NCBI GenBank assembly: GCA_043228905.1 | Contig: JBHGNT010000030.1 | Span: forward strand, 186,001-250,000 | DNA: 64,000 nucleotides | From: Azolla caroliniana | Lineage: Eukaryota; Plantae; Polypodiophyta | Direction of reading: 5' to 3' | Program-made: the position numbers and the translations under genes | Notes under the pieces: generated by a model | The model's database searches: none | Told to the model about the DNA's origin: nothing | The model's input: the letters and a program-made list of their open reading frames with translations, nothing else | Shown here: positions 27,701-37,800 of the stretch, piece by piece | Layout: the number at the start of each line of letters is the position of its first letter | Numbering within the stretch: the stretch's first letter is position 1

Positions 27701-29182
27701 AAAGTCATCAACGGCAGAGCCGAATCAACGAAGGTCGATCAAGGCAGAGTCAACAAGGGACAAGTTCGAAAAGAATCGACAACAACTGCAGGGGAGAACA
27801 ACCAAACACCGCCGAAATCCCAAACCGGGGGCGGAATACCGAACAAGACTCCTGACTCGACTGGTTCAACAAATGCCGATCGTAAAAAAGAACCGATCGA
27901 AGAATCTGAACCAGATATTACGGCAGCCAAGAGATCTGGACGAGCTTGAAGGCTAACCGAGTTTTATCAACCGGGCCTCGACTATGTCAACTACACGGAT
28001 GCAGGCGAACCATGCAAGTATGACAAAGCTATGGCCGCACCGAACGCCGAAACATGGCTATAGGCCATGAAATCCGAAATGGACTCGATTCATCAAAATC
28101 AGACATGGGAGTTGGTCGAACTACCAGCAGGAAGAAAGCTGCTACCTTGCAAATGGGTGTTCTGATACAAGTATGTGTTAGCCGGCCGGCAAGGGTAGTC
28201 CACAATGGGAAACGAGGGGATAGCTAATAATCAGGAGCTGATTATATATTTATATAGAATTATTATGATTTGAGAAGTGAACGGACGGACACGGAATCGG
28301 TATGCCGATCTGGATCCGGACCGGTTCGTAGCTGGTTGCCGGTTGGCACCGGTTTGTACCTAAAACCAGAGACCTATAAAAAGGGCCCGGTTAGATTGTA
28401 ATCATTAGCGGATAATTAATAGAGTGTTGTTGTTTTGTATCTTAATCATTGTTAATTACCGTTGTCGTGAAGAAAACCGCCCACAAGAGGAATCGGAGGA
28501 ACAAGGCGTGGGAAACGGCTCTACACACACACGCGCGCCAAGAAGTACCTAAGGACGAAGTAGGTACATACGAGGATCCTAGGTGGGCAGATTCGGTTGG
28601 TATGCAGTTAATGCCAAACGGCCTCTTGACGGGCTATAAAAGGAAGAGGAAGAATAGAAGTCGGACATCTCCCGCGGAGAGGACAAAGTGCTGCCGAACC
28701 GATTTCGGAGCTTCTCTTTCACTCCTGCTCTCTCTGTCTTCTGCTCCATCGCGTACCTGTGCAGGTTTCGAGGAGGCTTGCGCTGTTCCGTGGAACGCCC
28801 CGAGTGCGTCCTGCAGCACCTCCGACCTGTTTTCCCTTTCTGTGCGTCGCGACATACAGGGGTCGGCAGCTGTTCGCCGCCCTGTTTGTTTCCGTTAGTA
28901 TCTATTTTGTGCCCCACCGTGGGTTGTAATACTTTAGTCTGTTATTTTCTTGCATTCATAAGTACATATCTCTCGTTGTTGCGTCCATCTGCGTCGGCGT
29001 TTATTTGTGATCTCTGTTTGTTGGGCCGTGTCCCTGTGCAATCGTCGGTTCTGCGCAATCGGATCTTCGGTCCTGTGTAATCGGGTCTCTCTCTCTTACT
29101 CCTCTCTCTCTTGCTCTTCGGTTCGAGACCCCCGTGGTCCCTCCTCCTTTCTACACGCAAGGGCGTAAAAACCCCGACATCT

Positions 29183-29200
29183 TGGTGAACCCGACGTGAA
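29183..29200 (+). promoter_or_regulatory. Primer-binding site complementary to tRNA-Trp
   Basis: TGGTGAACCCGACGTGAA, 3 nt after the LTR. It is the reverse complement of the plant cytosolic tRNA-Trp(CCA) 3' end TTCACGTCGGGTTCACCA as I recall it. Identical in B, and with one C>T in A2. Confidence 0.85.
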
Positions 29201-29222
29201 AGAGGCGGCAGAAAAGTAGGAA

Positions 29223-31349
29223 ATGAAGGGGGCGGATCTTGCAGAGGCCATGGCTTCGGCCGTGGATCGGATAGTAAGCGCGCGCGAGGGCACCGGCGCC
29301 CTCGATAGAGCTATTGAGGCGGTCGTCGGAACGATCGGTCGATTCACCGGAAAAGATGCCACGAAGTACCTGGCGTCCTACGGTGCGGAAATGTTAATGC
29401 GGGACATTCCGGAAGACAGGCGTCTTGCCGGTTTTCCCCGAGTGGCGATGCCGAGCATTCACGCGGAGGTGCTCGAGGTGCGGGCGGAGAGCCGTACCTG
29501 GGAGGAGTTCGAAGGTCGGCTCCTGGAGAAATACGGACTGGACGACGCGCTCCGGCTTTCGAAGCGAAGCTTCATGGAGTGGGTGGAGTCTCCCGGGAAA
29601 GGAAGGAATGCGTCGGCACTCCTCCGGGAGTTCGAGGAGAACTTCGCGCGCCTTTCGGCGCTTGACAGGATGGTCCTGGATACAAGCCGGGTCCTGCTGT
29701 TCGTCAAATCGGTTGACGAGAGGGATCGGAGTCACGTGGGCGCCCTGCTAGAAACCGAAGACGGGCTGACAGCCGACTGGGCGGCGGTCAAGAGAGCCTG
29801 CGGCCGTTTCGACAAACGGCGAGAATGGGAGGATGACAGAGCAACCGGTTCGGGCTCAGTCGCGGCGAGGAAACTCGAGCCGGCGCAGCCGGTGCGAAGG
29901 GAAGAGACTCGGGAGTGGCTGGAATCCGGTTCAGCTCCGACCGGCGTGATCAGAGGCTCGACTGGAGGAGCTGCGTTGGAGGAACTGACGAGGGCGATAA
30001 AAGACCTCCAAATCGCACAGGCCCGCAGAGAAGACGGAGGACCTGCTCGTGACCGACGGCCGGCGGCAGGGAACAGGTGCATGTGGTGCGACGGGGTCGG
30101 CCACATCCGAAAAGACTGCGGCGATTTCGCAGAGGCGCTGAGGAACCGGGTGGTGTACCTATGGGAAGGCCGGGTTCACGCCAACGACACGAGAAGGGCC
30201 CTAAACCGAAACGACGGGCGAGGCGGAATGAAGAGGTTGATGGAAGAGGCGGCGGCCCGACATGCGGAAACCGTCCACTACTCGGCGTCGGCCGGTATTC
30301 GAGTCGGGGGCGGCGAGGCCCGAAAGGAAAGCAAAGCCGGATTCTGGCCGACGATGCTGGAAGGCCTTGCCGGTGCAGGGCTTAAAAGGGAGGAATCGGA
30401 CCGTGCGGAGAAACGGGTACGGGAGATGACCGGGTGGAGCGACCCGGTCGAGGAAAAGACGGGCTTCGTGGAAGCCGCTTGCCGGAACTACGAGGCTCTG
30501 GTAGAAGAGAAGCGGGTGGGGAAACCCGGGACGACCGGGCCCTCACACCGATACGAGACCCGGTCCGGGCCACGACGGGACGAAGCCGGCGGGGCCGGTA
30601 CGCAAGATAAACCCCGGAAGGGCGGGTACCGTCTGGGGACGGAGATAGAAAGAACCACGGACTTACGAAAGGTCCTGGAGGAACGGATCCTCGACAGCAA
30701 GGTGGAGTTGTCGCTACGGGAGGTGCTGGGAATCGCCAAGAAGGAGTTCCACGACTCCATCGTGGACTTGGTGAAACGGAAGAGGCTGTCAACGGAGACA
30801 GAACCGGAAAGACCGGTAGAGGTGCGGACGGCGCACCTGGACGACATGGCGCTGAAAGACGAGTGGGCGGAGAGCCACTATTCGCGGCCACACTGGGCCC
30901 GAGCGACCACGGAAACCCCGGTAAAGATCGGCGATGTCCAGGAACCGGTAGTAGCTTTGGTGGACCACGGATCGGAAATCAACCTGATGTCCATGGACTT
31001 CTATAAGAAGGGCAAATGGCCGATCAACACCAAGCACGGGTGGAAGATAAGGGCGGCGACGCGCGCCACCGAGGAACTTCACGGGGCCTGCCCGAATGTA
31101 CGGGTCAAGATCGGCGATGTCGAGATAGACCAGCACTTCTTCGTGCAGGAGTCGTCATCGCACCCCGTCATACTGGGAGAGCCGTACATCACGGCGGCTC
31201 GAATGGAGACCAAGGTGCTGGACAACGGTTCGGCCTATGCGCGGGTCAAGAGCCAGGACGGGCGCCATTCGGTCCAGTTTTTGACGGTTAGGCCGAACCA
31301 CGAGCGTAACCGCGACTCCCTCGGTTCCGATAACCGAGAGGATTTTTAG
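29223..31349 (+). CDS. Gag-protease polyprotein of A1 (708 aa)
   Basis: CCHC knuckle CMWCDGVGHIRKDC, a DUF4100-like segment (ILDSKVELSLREVLG), and aspartic protease ALVDHGSEINLM...VILGEPY. Confidence 0.93.
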   Translation: MKGADLAEAMASAVDRIVSAREGTGALDRAIEAVVGTIGRFTGKDATKYLASYGAEMLMRDIPEDRRLAGFPRVAMPSIHAEVLEVRAESRTWEEFEGRLLEKYGLDDALRLSKRSFMEWVESPGKGRNASALLREFEENFARLSALDRMVLDTSRVLLFVKSVDERDRSHVGALLETEDGLTADWAAVKRACGRFDKRREWEDDRATGSGSVAARKLEPAQPVRREETREWLESGSAPTGVIRGSTGGAALEELTRAIKDLQIAQARREDGGPARDRRPAAGNRCMWCDGVGHIRKDCGDFAEALRNRVVYLWEGRVHANDTRRALNRNDGRGGMKRLMEEAAARHAETVHYSASAGIRVGGGEARKESKAGFWPTMLEGLAGAGLKREESDRAEKRVREMTGWSDPVEEKTGFVEAACRNYEALVEEKRVGKPGTTGPSHRYETRSGPRRDEAGGAGTQDKPRKGGYRLGTEIERTTDLRKVLEERILDSKVELSLREVLGIAKKEFHDSIVDLVKRKRLSTETEPERPVEVRTAHLDDMALKDEWAESHYSRPHWARATTETPVKIGDVQEPVVALVDHGSEINLMSMDFYKKGKWPINTKHGWKIRAATRATEELHGACPNVRVKIGDVEIDQHFFVQESSSHPVILGEPYITAARMETKVLDNGSAYARVKSQDGRHSVQFLTVRPNHERNRDSLGSDNREDF

Positions 31350-31407
31350 AGAGGGCTGCCAAGGCGTGGGGCCGCGACAGTCCGGACACCCCGGGAAAAC
31401 CCCACAC
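31340..31407 (+). other. Predicted -1 programmed ribosomal frameshift element (slippery heptamer plus pseudoknot)
   Basis: G_GAT_TTT immediately before the gag-PR stop, then a 6-nt spacer, stem GGGCTG/CAGTCC, and loop GTGGGG complementary to downstream CCCCAC. The -1 frame is open into pol. Confidence 0.75.
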
Positions 31408-34400
31408 CTGTACGATAAAACCGAAGAAACCTTGTACCATAGGTAGGGAATTTTTGTTCTCCGACAGCGGAGCGTGTACGATAGTCGGCATCGGCGGCCG
31501 AGAGAAGACAAAGGCGGAGGGGAGACTTCGAGCGTGCGGAGTTCTCGGCCCTGACGAGGAAATCAACGGAGCCGTGGAGGCGGTCTCATTCGACGACACC
31601 TTGGGAATGCTGGGAAAGGTAGTCGAAGAAGGCCTTAACGAAGACCGGACGATACCGGTGTGTTCCGAGGAGATGTACGAAGTCATCGCGGACTTCGGTC
31701 GAGGGCTCGGGTCAGTTCGGACGGCCCACGTAAGCACCAAGTACAAGACTGTGGACCGGAAGGTAAGGCCAGTCGCGGCACCCTTACCGGAGGACAGCGC
31801 GTCGAGAATCAAAGGGGTTGCATCGGACCCTAGTCTACGAGATCCGGCCTGCATAGGGCACACCTTCACCGACGAGACGCTCCGAGAGCTCAAAATCGGT
31901 GGGGGCGGGTTCCTACTGCCGGCGGAGGAAGACCGGTTTCGGAGAATGCTCGGAAGGCACGGGAAAGCCTTCGCATTCTCGCCGGAGGAAATCGGGTGCG
32001 TTGACCCGACGATCGTGGAGCCGATGGTGATATTCACGGTACCGCATGTACCATGGAATCTCAAGCCAATCCCGGTTCCGAGAGCTCACATCCCGAAGTT
32101 GATGGAGCTGCTGAGGCAGAAAGTTGATATGGGAATTCTCGAGCCGTCGAGCGCCCCATATTCGAATCGATGGTTTACCGTACCGAAGAAAAACGGTTCG
32201 TTGCGCTTCATCCAGGACCTGCAGCCGGTCAATCGAGTGACCATTCGGAACGCAGGGATCGGGCCGACCATAGACGAGTTCGCGGAGGCCTTCGCCGGAA
32301 GGTCAATTTACTCGGTCGGGGATCTATACTCAGGGTACGACCAGTTCCAGCTTGCCGTGGAGAGCAGAGACATTACGACGATGCGAACTCCCCTCGGCCT
32401 AGTTCGGATGTGTACACTGCCGCAAGGAGGGACCAACTCGGTGGCCCACATGGTGAATGCGATGAACAAGGTTCTGAGGGACTGCATCCCGGACATCACC
32501 ATGCCATTTCTGGACGACATCCCGATCAAGGGATGCCCGGTGGAAGAAAAGGACGAGACGATCGGGCCGGACGGATGCCGGCGATTCGTGGCGACGCACA
32601 TCGACGACTGCGAGAAGGTACTGCAAAGGCTAGAGGATGCGAGACTCACCTTCTCCGGGGAGAAGTCGGCCTTCGGGCAGTCAGAAATCATGGTGGTCGG
32701 ACACCTGTGCGGACCATATGGCCGGAAACCGTCTCCGGCAAAGGTAGAAGCCATCTCCGCGATGAAGCCCGACTGCAGCTCGGTCACGGAAGTACGGAGA
32801 TTCCTGGGGGCATGCGCGTTCTATCACATATGGATCCCGCATTACGCACACGTCGCGGAGCCACTGTACGGGTTGCTGAAAAAGGGGCGAAGGTTCGAAT
32901 GGCTAGACGAGCACGCGGAATCGGTCCGGAAGCTGAAAGAGGCCCTTGCAGCGGCACCGGCACTCCGGAAGGCGGTATACGGGAAGGGTACCCCGGTATT
33001 CATAACGGTGGATACCAGTCCGACCGGGATCGGATGGGTCGTGAACCAGGAAGACGAGGACGGCAATCGGTTTCCGATCCGATTCGGCGCGAAAGTCCTC
33101 AGTGAACGGCAGCGAGGATACGCCCAGGTTAAACGCGAACTCTGGGGTATTGTTTCGGCGGTTAAGGCCGACAAAGACTACCTGATAGGGACGGAAGTGA
33201 TCATCGAGACGGATTGCCTGCCGATTCTCGGTATGGTTTCCGGATGCGCGACTCCGGACCTGGCGATGCTCAGGTGGATAGCGTACATCAAGTCCCTGGA
33301 CCCGGAAATACGACACATTTCCGGGAAAGACAACGCCATGGCCGACATGCTTTCGAGGGCGAGGTTCGACGACGAGGGCGGCATGGTTTCGGAAGACGAA
33401 GAAGTCGGCGTGGATTTCTTCGAGGCGGCATACATAACGACCGACGGGATGAGCACTCCGGCGCTTAACGAGTTCGACGCGAGCAAGTACGACGGGGAGT
33501 GGCTGCAGATCGGCGGGTTTTTGAAGACAATGACGCCCGATGCGTCATGGACGAAGGACGAGGCCAACCGGATCCGGAAGAAAGCATATCGATTCCTTCT
33601 CCGAGATGGGCATTTGTGGAAGCACCCGAAGAAGAGGAACGGCGTCCCGCTCCGGGTGGTGGCGATGAAGGAAGAACAGGAGGAGCTACTGGCGGCCTAC
33701 CACGACAGCCCTTGGGCTGGACACCGTGGAACGTGGGCGACGTTTGAGAAGCTGAAGGGGAAGTACTGGTGGCCGGGATTGTACCGGGACGTGCATCGGT
33801 TCGTGTCAACTTGCGAGAGTTGTCAGATGCACTCGATAGTCCGACACCGGGACGGGCTTCACCCTACGTACCCTCCGACTATCCACTTCAAATGGATGGT
33901 AGATCTGGTGACGATGCCGATGGGGGTAGGACAGATGCGGTATCTGGTCCTAGCGCGGGAAGACCTGACGAACCAGGTGGAAGGCCGAGCCCTTCAGAAC
34001 AAGACGACCGCGGCCGTGTGTCGGTTCCTAGTCGAGGACGTGATATGCCGGTACGGGTGCGTCGGGAAGATCGTGGCTGACCGAGGGGAGTTGGACGCCG
34101 AAGAGGCCGCGGAGCTGTTCGACCGGCTTGGAGTCAAGCTCTCGCTCACCACTGCGTACAATCCGGAGGCGAATGGCAAGGTGGAGCGCGGACACGGACC
34201 GATCGTCAAGGCGTTGATTCGGGCATGCGGAGGCCGAGTCGGTAACTGGCCGCGGTTGCTACCTTATGCTTTGTGGGCAGACCGGACCACGCACAGTTCG
34301 GTAACCGGGTACATGCCGACGGAGCTCATGTTCGGCCAGAAGCCGATCATGCCGATTGAACGGACGATCTCCTCGTGGGCAACGGTCGACTGGAGGGACG

Positions 34401-34837
34401 AGATGAGCCGGGAGGAGTTGTTGGCCGCACGTATACGACAGCTCGAGCGGAGACCGGAGGACGTGGCACTGGCTACGGAGAAGCTCAGGGTGGCGAGGAC
34501 AAAGAACAAAGCCCGGTTCGACCGAACGCACCGGCTACGACCGAAGAAAATCGACGAAGGTGACTGGGTGCTCGTCTACGACAGCAGCCTCGACAACCAG
34601 CACCGAGCAACGCGGAAGTTCGCACGGAGATGGTTCGGGCCGTACACGGTACAGAGCGCCAACGACAACGGGACGTATCATCTGGCGGAACTCGACGGAA
34701 CGAGAATAGCGATACCCGTGGCCGGGAAGAGGATCAAAGCTTTCAAGAAGCGGCACGACGACGAACCTGACCCGATTCTCCTGGATAGCAGCGACGACCG
34801 ATCCGAGGCCGAGGAAGGGCCGGCAGGCGAAGAGTAA
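31346..34837 (+). CDS. Pol (RT-RNase H-integrase) of A1, in the -1 frame relative to gag-PR
   Basis: Frame open from 31346. RT LRFIQDLQPVN, DLYSGYDQ, LPQG, FLDD. RNase H VDTS/RELWG/TDC/ADMLSR. Integrase H..H/CESC, DDE (VDLV, ADRGE, KVERG) and GPY. No chromodomain. Confidence 0.95.
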   Translation, partial: LERAAKAWGRDSPDTPGKPHTCTIKPKKPCTIGREFLFSDSGACTIVGIGGREKTKAEGRLRACGVLGPDEEINGAVEAVSFDDTLGMLGKVVEEGLNEDRTIPVCSEEMYEVIADFGRGLGSVRTAHVSTKYKTVDRKVRPVAAPLPEDSASRIKGVASDPSLRDPACIGHTFTDETLRELKIGGGGFLLPAEEDRFRRMLGRHGKAFAFSPEEIGCVDPTIVEPMVIFTVPHVPWNLKPIPVPRAHIPKLMELLRQKVDMGILEPSSAPYSNRWFTVPKKNGSLRFIQDLQPVNRVTIRNAGIGPTIDEFAEAFAGRSIYSVGDLYSGYDQFQLAVESRDITTMRTPLGLVRMCTLPQGGTNSVAHMVNAMNKVLRDCIPDITMPFLDDIPIKGCPVEEKDETIGPDGCRRFVATHIDDCEKVLQRLEDARLTFSGEKSAFGQSEIMVVGHLCGPYGRKPSPAKVEAISAMKPDCSSVTEVRRFLGACAFYHIWIPHYAHVAEPLYGLLKKGRRFEWLDEHAESVRKLKEALAAAPALRKAVYGKGTPVFITVDTSPTGIGWVVNQEDEDGNRFPIRFGAKVLSERQRGYAQVKRELWGIVSAVKADKDYLIGTEVIIETDCLPILGMVSGCATPDLAMLRWIAYIKSLDPEIRHISGKDNAMADMLSRARFDDEGGMVSEDEEVGVDFFEAAYITTDGMSTPALNEFDASKYDGEWLQIGGFLKTMTPDASWTKDEANRIRKKAYRFLLRDGHLWKHPKKRNGVPLRVVAMKEEQEELLAAYHDSPWAGHRGTWATFEKLKGKYWWPGLYRDVHRFVSTCESCQMHSIVRHRDGLHPTYPPTIHFKWMVDLVTMPMGVGQMRYLVLAREDLTNQVEGRALQNKTTAAVCRFLVEDVICRYGCVGKIVADRGELDAEEAAELFDRLGVKLSLTTAYNPEANGKVERGHGPIVKALIRACGGRVGNWPRLLPYALWADRTTHSSVTGYMPTELMFGQKPIMPIERTISSWATVDWRDEMSREELLAARIRQLERRPEDVALATEKLRVARTKNKARFDRTHRLRPKKIDEGDWVLVYDSSLDNQHRATRKFARRWFGPYTVQSANDNGTYHLAELDGTRIAIPVAGKRIKAFKKRHDDEPDPILLDSSDDRSEAEEGPAGEE

Positions 34838-37800
34838 AGGCGGGCCGGTTTTCTCCGTGCCAACTCAATTTGGCGCATGCCGGCGGATGCGCGGTTAGGT
34901 GGGGGCGGATGTCGTGAAGAAAACCGCCCACAAGAGGAATCGGAGGAACAAGGCGTGGGAAACGGCTCTACACACACACGCGCGCCAAGAAGTACCTAAG
35001 GACGAAGTAGGTACATACGAGGATCCTAGGTGGGCAGATTCGGTTGGTATGCAGTTAATGCCAAACGGCCTCTTGACGGGCTATAAAAGGAAGAGGAAGA
35101 ATAGAAGTCGGACATCTCCCGCGGAGAGGACAAAGTGCTGCCGAACCGATTTCGGAGCTTCTCTTTCACTCCTGCTCTCTCTGTCTTCTGCTCCATCGCG
35201 TACCTGTGCAGGTTTCGAGGAGGCTTGCGCTGTTCCGTGGAACGCCCCGAGTGCGTCCTGCAGCACCTCCGACCTGTTTTCCCTTTCTGTGCGTCGCGAC
35301 ATACAGGGGTCGGCAGCTGTTCGCCGCCCTGTTCGTTTCCGTTAGTATCTATTTTGTGCCCCACCGTGGGTTGTAATACTTTAGTCTGTTATTTTCTTGC
35401 ATTCATAAGTACATATCTCTCGTTGTTGCGTCCATCTGCGTCGGCGTTTATTTGTGATCTCTGTTTGTTGGGCCGTGTCCCTGTGCAATCGTCGGTTCTG
35501 CGCAATCGGATCTTCGGTCCTGTGTAATCGGGTCTCTCTCTCTTACTCCTCTCTCTCTTGCTCTTCGGTTCGAGACCCCCGTGGTCCCTCCTCCTTTCTA
35601 CACGCAAGGGCGTAAAAACCCCGACACCGTTCTGTGCTAAGTGTAATTTATCCTATGCATGTATTGTGACTAATGATATTGCCGCTAGTAACCAATTAGG
35701 GTTCCATTAATAGTCGGTCTAACTCTATCTCACTGCAACACCCCTTTGGTAAAGTGTCTCAAGGGGACACCCTGTGTTAGGCCATTGTCCGGCCCTAGCG
35801 ATAACACAGTTTTTGGCGACCACGACGGGATGGCGGATACAAGTTCGGTAAGACCTACCGGGTTGATACGAGATCTAGACGTAACTATTGGAGGTCACAC
35901 ATTCCACATTTCGGACAGAGACTCTCCTGCAAACGACAAGGAGAGAGAGCTTAATGGAAAGATACCCTACACATCGGCAGTAGGAAGTATCATGTACGCA
36001 ATGGTGGCGACCCGACCCGACCTAGCCTATGTTGTAGGGGTGGTCAGCCGGTACATGTCAAACCCAGGAAAGAAGCATTGGGAGGCCGTCAAGCACATCC
36101 TTAGGTATCTGAAAGGAACCACGGATGCACAACTGACATTCAGTTCGACAACATCAACCGAAGTTGAAGGCTACACTGATTCTGACTACGCTGGAAACAC
36201 ATATAATCGGAAATCGACATCAGGCTACATATTCACCTATGGTGGCGGTGCAATATCATGGAGGTCGAAACTTTAGGAGTGCACGACTCTGTCTACCACA
36301 GAAGCCAAGTACATAGCAACATCGGAAGCAACGAAGGAAGCGATTTGGCTGCACCGACTGTTTGCCGACTTCGGAACTGCAAACCGAATAGACTGACTGG
36401 CGCAGACCATCTACTACGACTCTCAAAGGGCAATACACCTCATCAACAATCCCGTCTACCATGTGAAGACGAAACACATTGAGGTGTGGTATCATCTTAT
36501 CCGGGAGCTCATGACCGAGAAGAAACTCGAAGTCCGGAAGATTGATACTGAGGTGAACATCGCCGATTGCCTAACGAAGCCACTCCCAGATCAATACTTC
36601 GGAACGCTAAGGACAAAGATGGGGCTACGACAAGTGACCGAGCAGAAGAAAGCCGAACGAGGAGTAGAAGGTAAGAGCTAACCGACACTCATACTATACT
36701 TCTATTGACTCGGCTACTTGCTGACAGACTTGTAACATAAGATCTAGTTAAATTTTGTAATCTAGGTTTATGGGGGAGATAACCCCAAGCACTTGTACAT
36801 GCAAGAAAGAGGAGTCCTTTTACGGGGGAGTTTGTTGGCATAAAAGGCCGACTCCTTCCAAGTTGTATCCGTTCGAGTGTGAACTCGTTAATAAGTTAGG
36901 GCTTAGTATATAAGCGAATACCTAACATTGTAATGAAGAGAAGAAGACGACGAGTAGACGATTGTAATCTCTGAGAGAGAGAAAACGCGTTGTGCAGAAA
37001 TAAGAAGCTTTCCATTAAAGCTCATATCTATGTAAGTCTATATCGGCCTTCTCTATCTTCTGTGTGTATGTTGTTTGTTGTTCATAGCCATAGGATCAGA
37101 ACACACACTTCCGCATAAACATCGACATTAACCAACACCTTTGAGGCTAGCGAGCCTTCGACTTTGAAGAGCTTTCGATTCCCAGGAGCGTTCAAGCTTT
37201 TGACTCCCAAGAGCATTCAACTTGCCTAACGCACACACCTTCCTAGTATTTGCATCCTCCTTAGTCTAAGTCCCCCGTGGTCCTGCTCGAGTAGCACAAG
37301 CATGCACATTTATGTGACAATGGAAGGTCACAATTAAAAAAGGAATCCATGCAACCTATCTAAATCATCCATATTAGTGATCGTAGTATAAGTCCTTGAT
37401 ACTTGGAGATATATTCTCAGAGTTTTCCAAACTTTTGTTTAAACATCTCCATTCATCCCTTAGTCTATACAATTTATTTGGTGGGATGAATTACTCTTTC
37501 GTTCTTTGTTTGAGAATTTCCCATCCTATGAAGGGACTCTCCCCCCACCAAAAGGTACCCATTGTAAGCATCTTCAACGAGACATCAATTTGATACAACA
37601 TCCACCCATGCATGTGGTCTTACATGACATTGCACAAAGTACCAAGACCTCCCTTGTACTGTGTACTCCCTCAGGGGTTGTTACATTGTTGTTTGCCGGA
37701 ATAGTAACCGACGGACAAGAGCGTAGTAATAAGAAATAATATAAGATCATAACGCATGTAACGGTTCACGCAAGAAGCGTGAACGGCTAAATAGACCCTG

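Larger units (their letters stand above)
28463..35626 (+). mobile_element. Full-length, intact, very young Ty3/Gypsy LTR retrotransposon A1 (non-chromovirus)
   Basis: 717-bp LTRs 28463-29179 and 34910-35626 (TGTCG...CGACA), one difference seen. 4-bp TSD CCGT. PBS at 29183, PPT AGGTGGGGGCGGA. Intact gag-PR and RT-RH-IN ORFs. Confidence 0.98.
28176..35910 (+). mobile_element. Gypsy element D remnant: 5' LTR (split by A1), PBS and a short protease fragment
   Basis: LTR TGTTAG (28176) ... ATAACA (35806), with a TATA box at ~28374. PBS TGGCGACCACGACGGGA (tRNA-Arg-like). Then MADTSSVRPTGLIRDLDVTIGGHTFHIS, homologous to the protease of element E (MADICSVRPLRLIRKISIIVGGHRFDIS). Confidence 0.75.
25044..37137 (+). 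mobile_element. Degenerate Ty1/Copia element C1 (Tnt1/Tork-like), interrupted by elements D and A1
   Basis: Truncated 5' LTR 25044-25222 matches the distal part of the 3' LTR 36833-37137 (TGTTGG...CCAACA). PBS TGGTATCAGAG (tRNA-iMet) at 25225 and PPT GGGGGAG before the 3' LTR. Gag KFDGKNFALWK, protease WLLDSGATFHV, integrase LWHGRLGH and SDNGGEY, RT start to ~28175, RT end and RNase H (YTDSDYAG, TKHIEVWYH, ADCLTKPL) at 35910-36681. Many stops. Confidence 0.92.

Noticed and set aside
31349-31454. Stop-codon readthrough or independent TTG initiation of pol
   Set aside because: Pol is in the -1 frame, so readthrough cannot reach it. The TTG at 31454 is not conserved in B, while the open -1 frame and the slippery site are.
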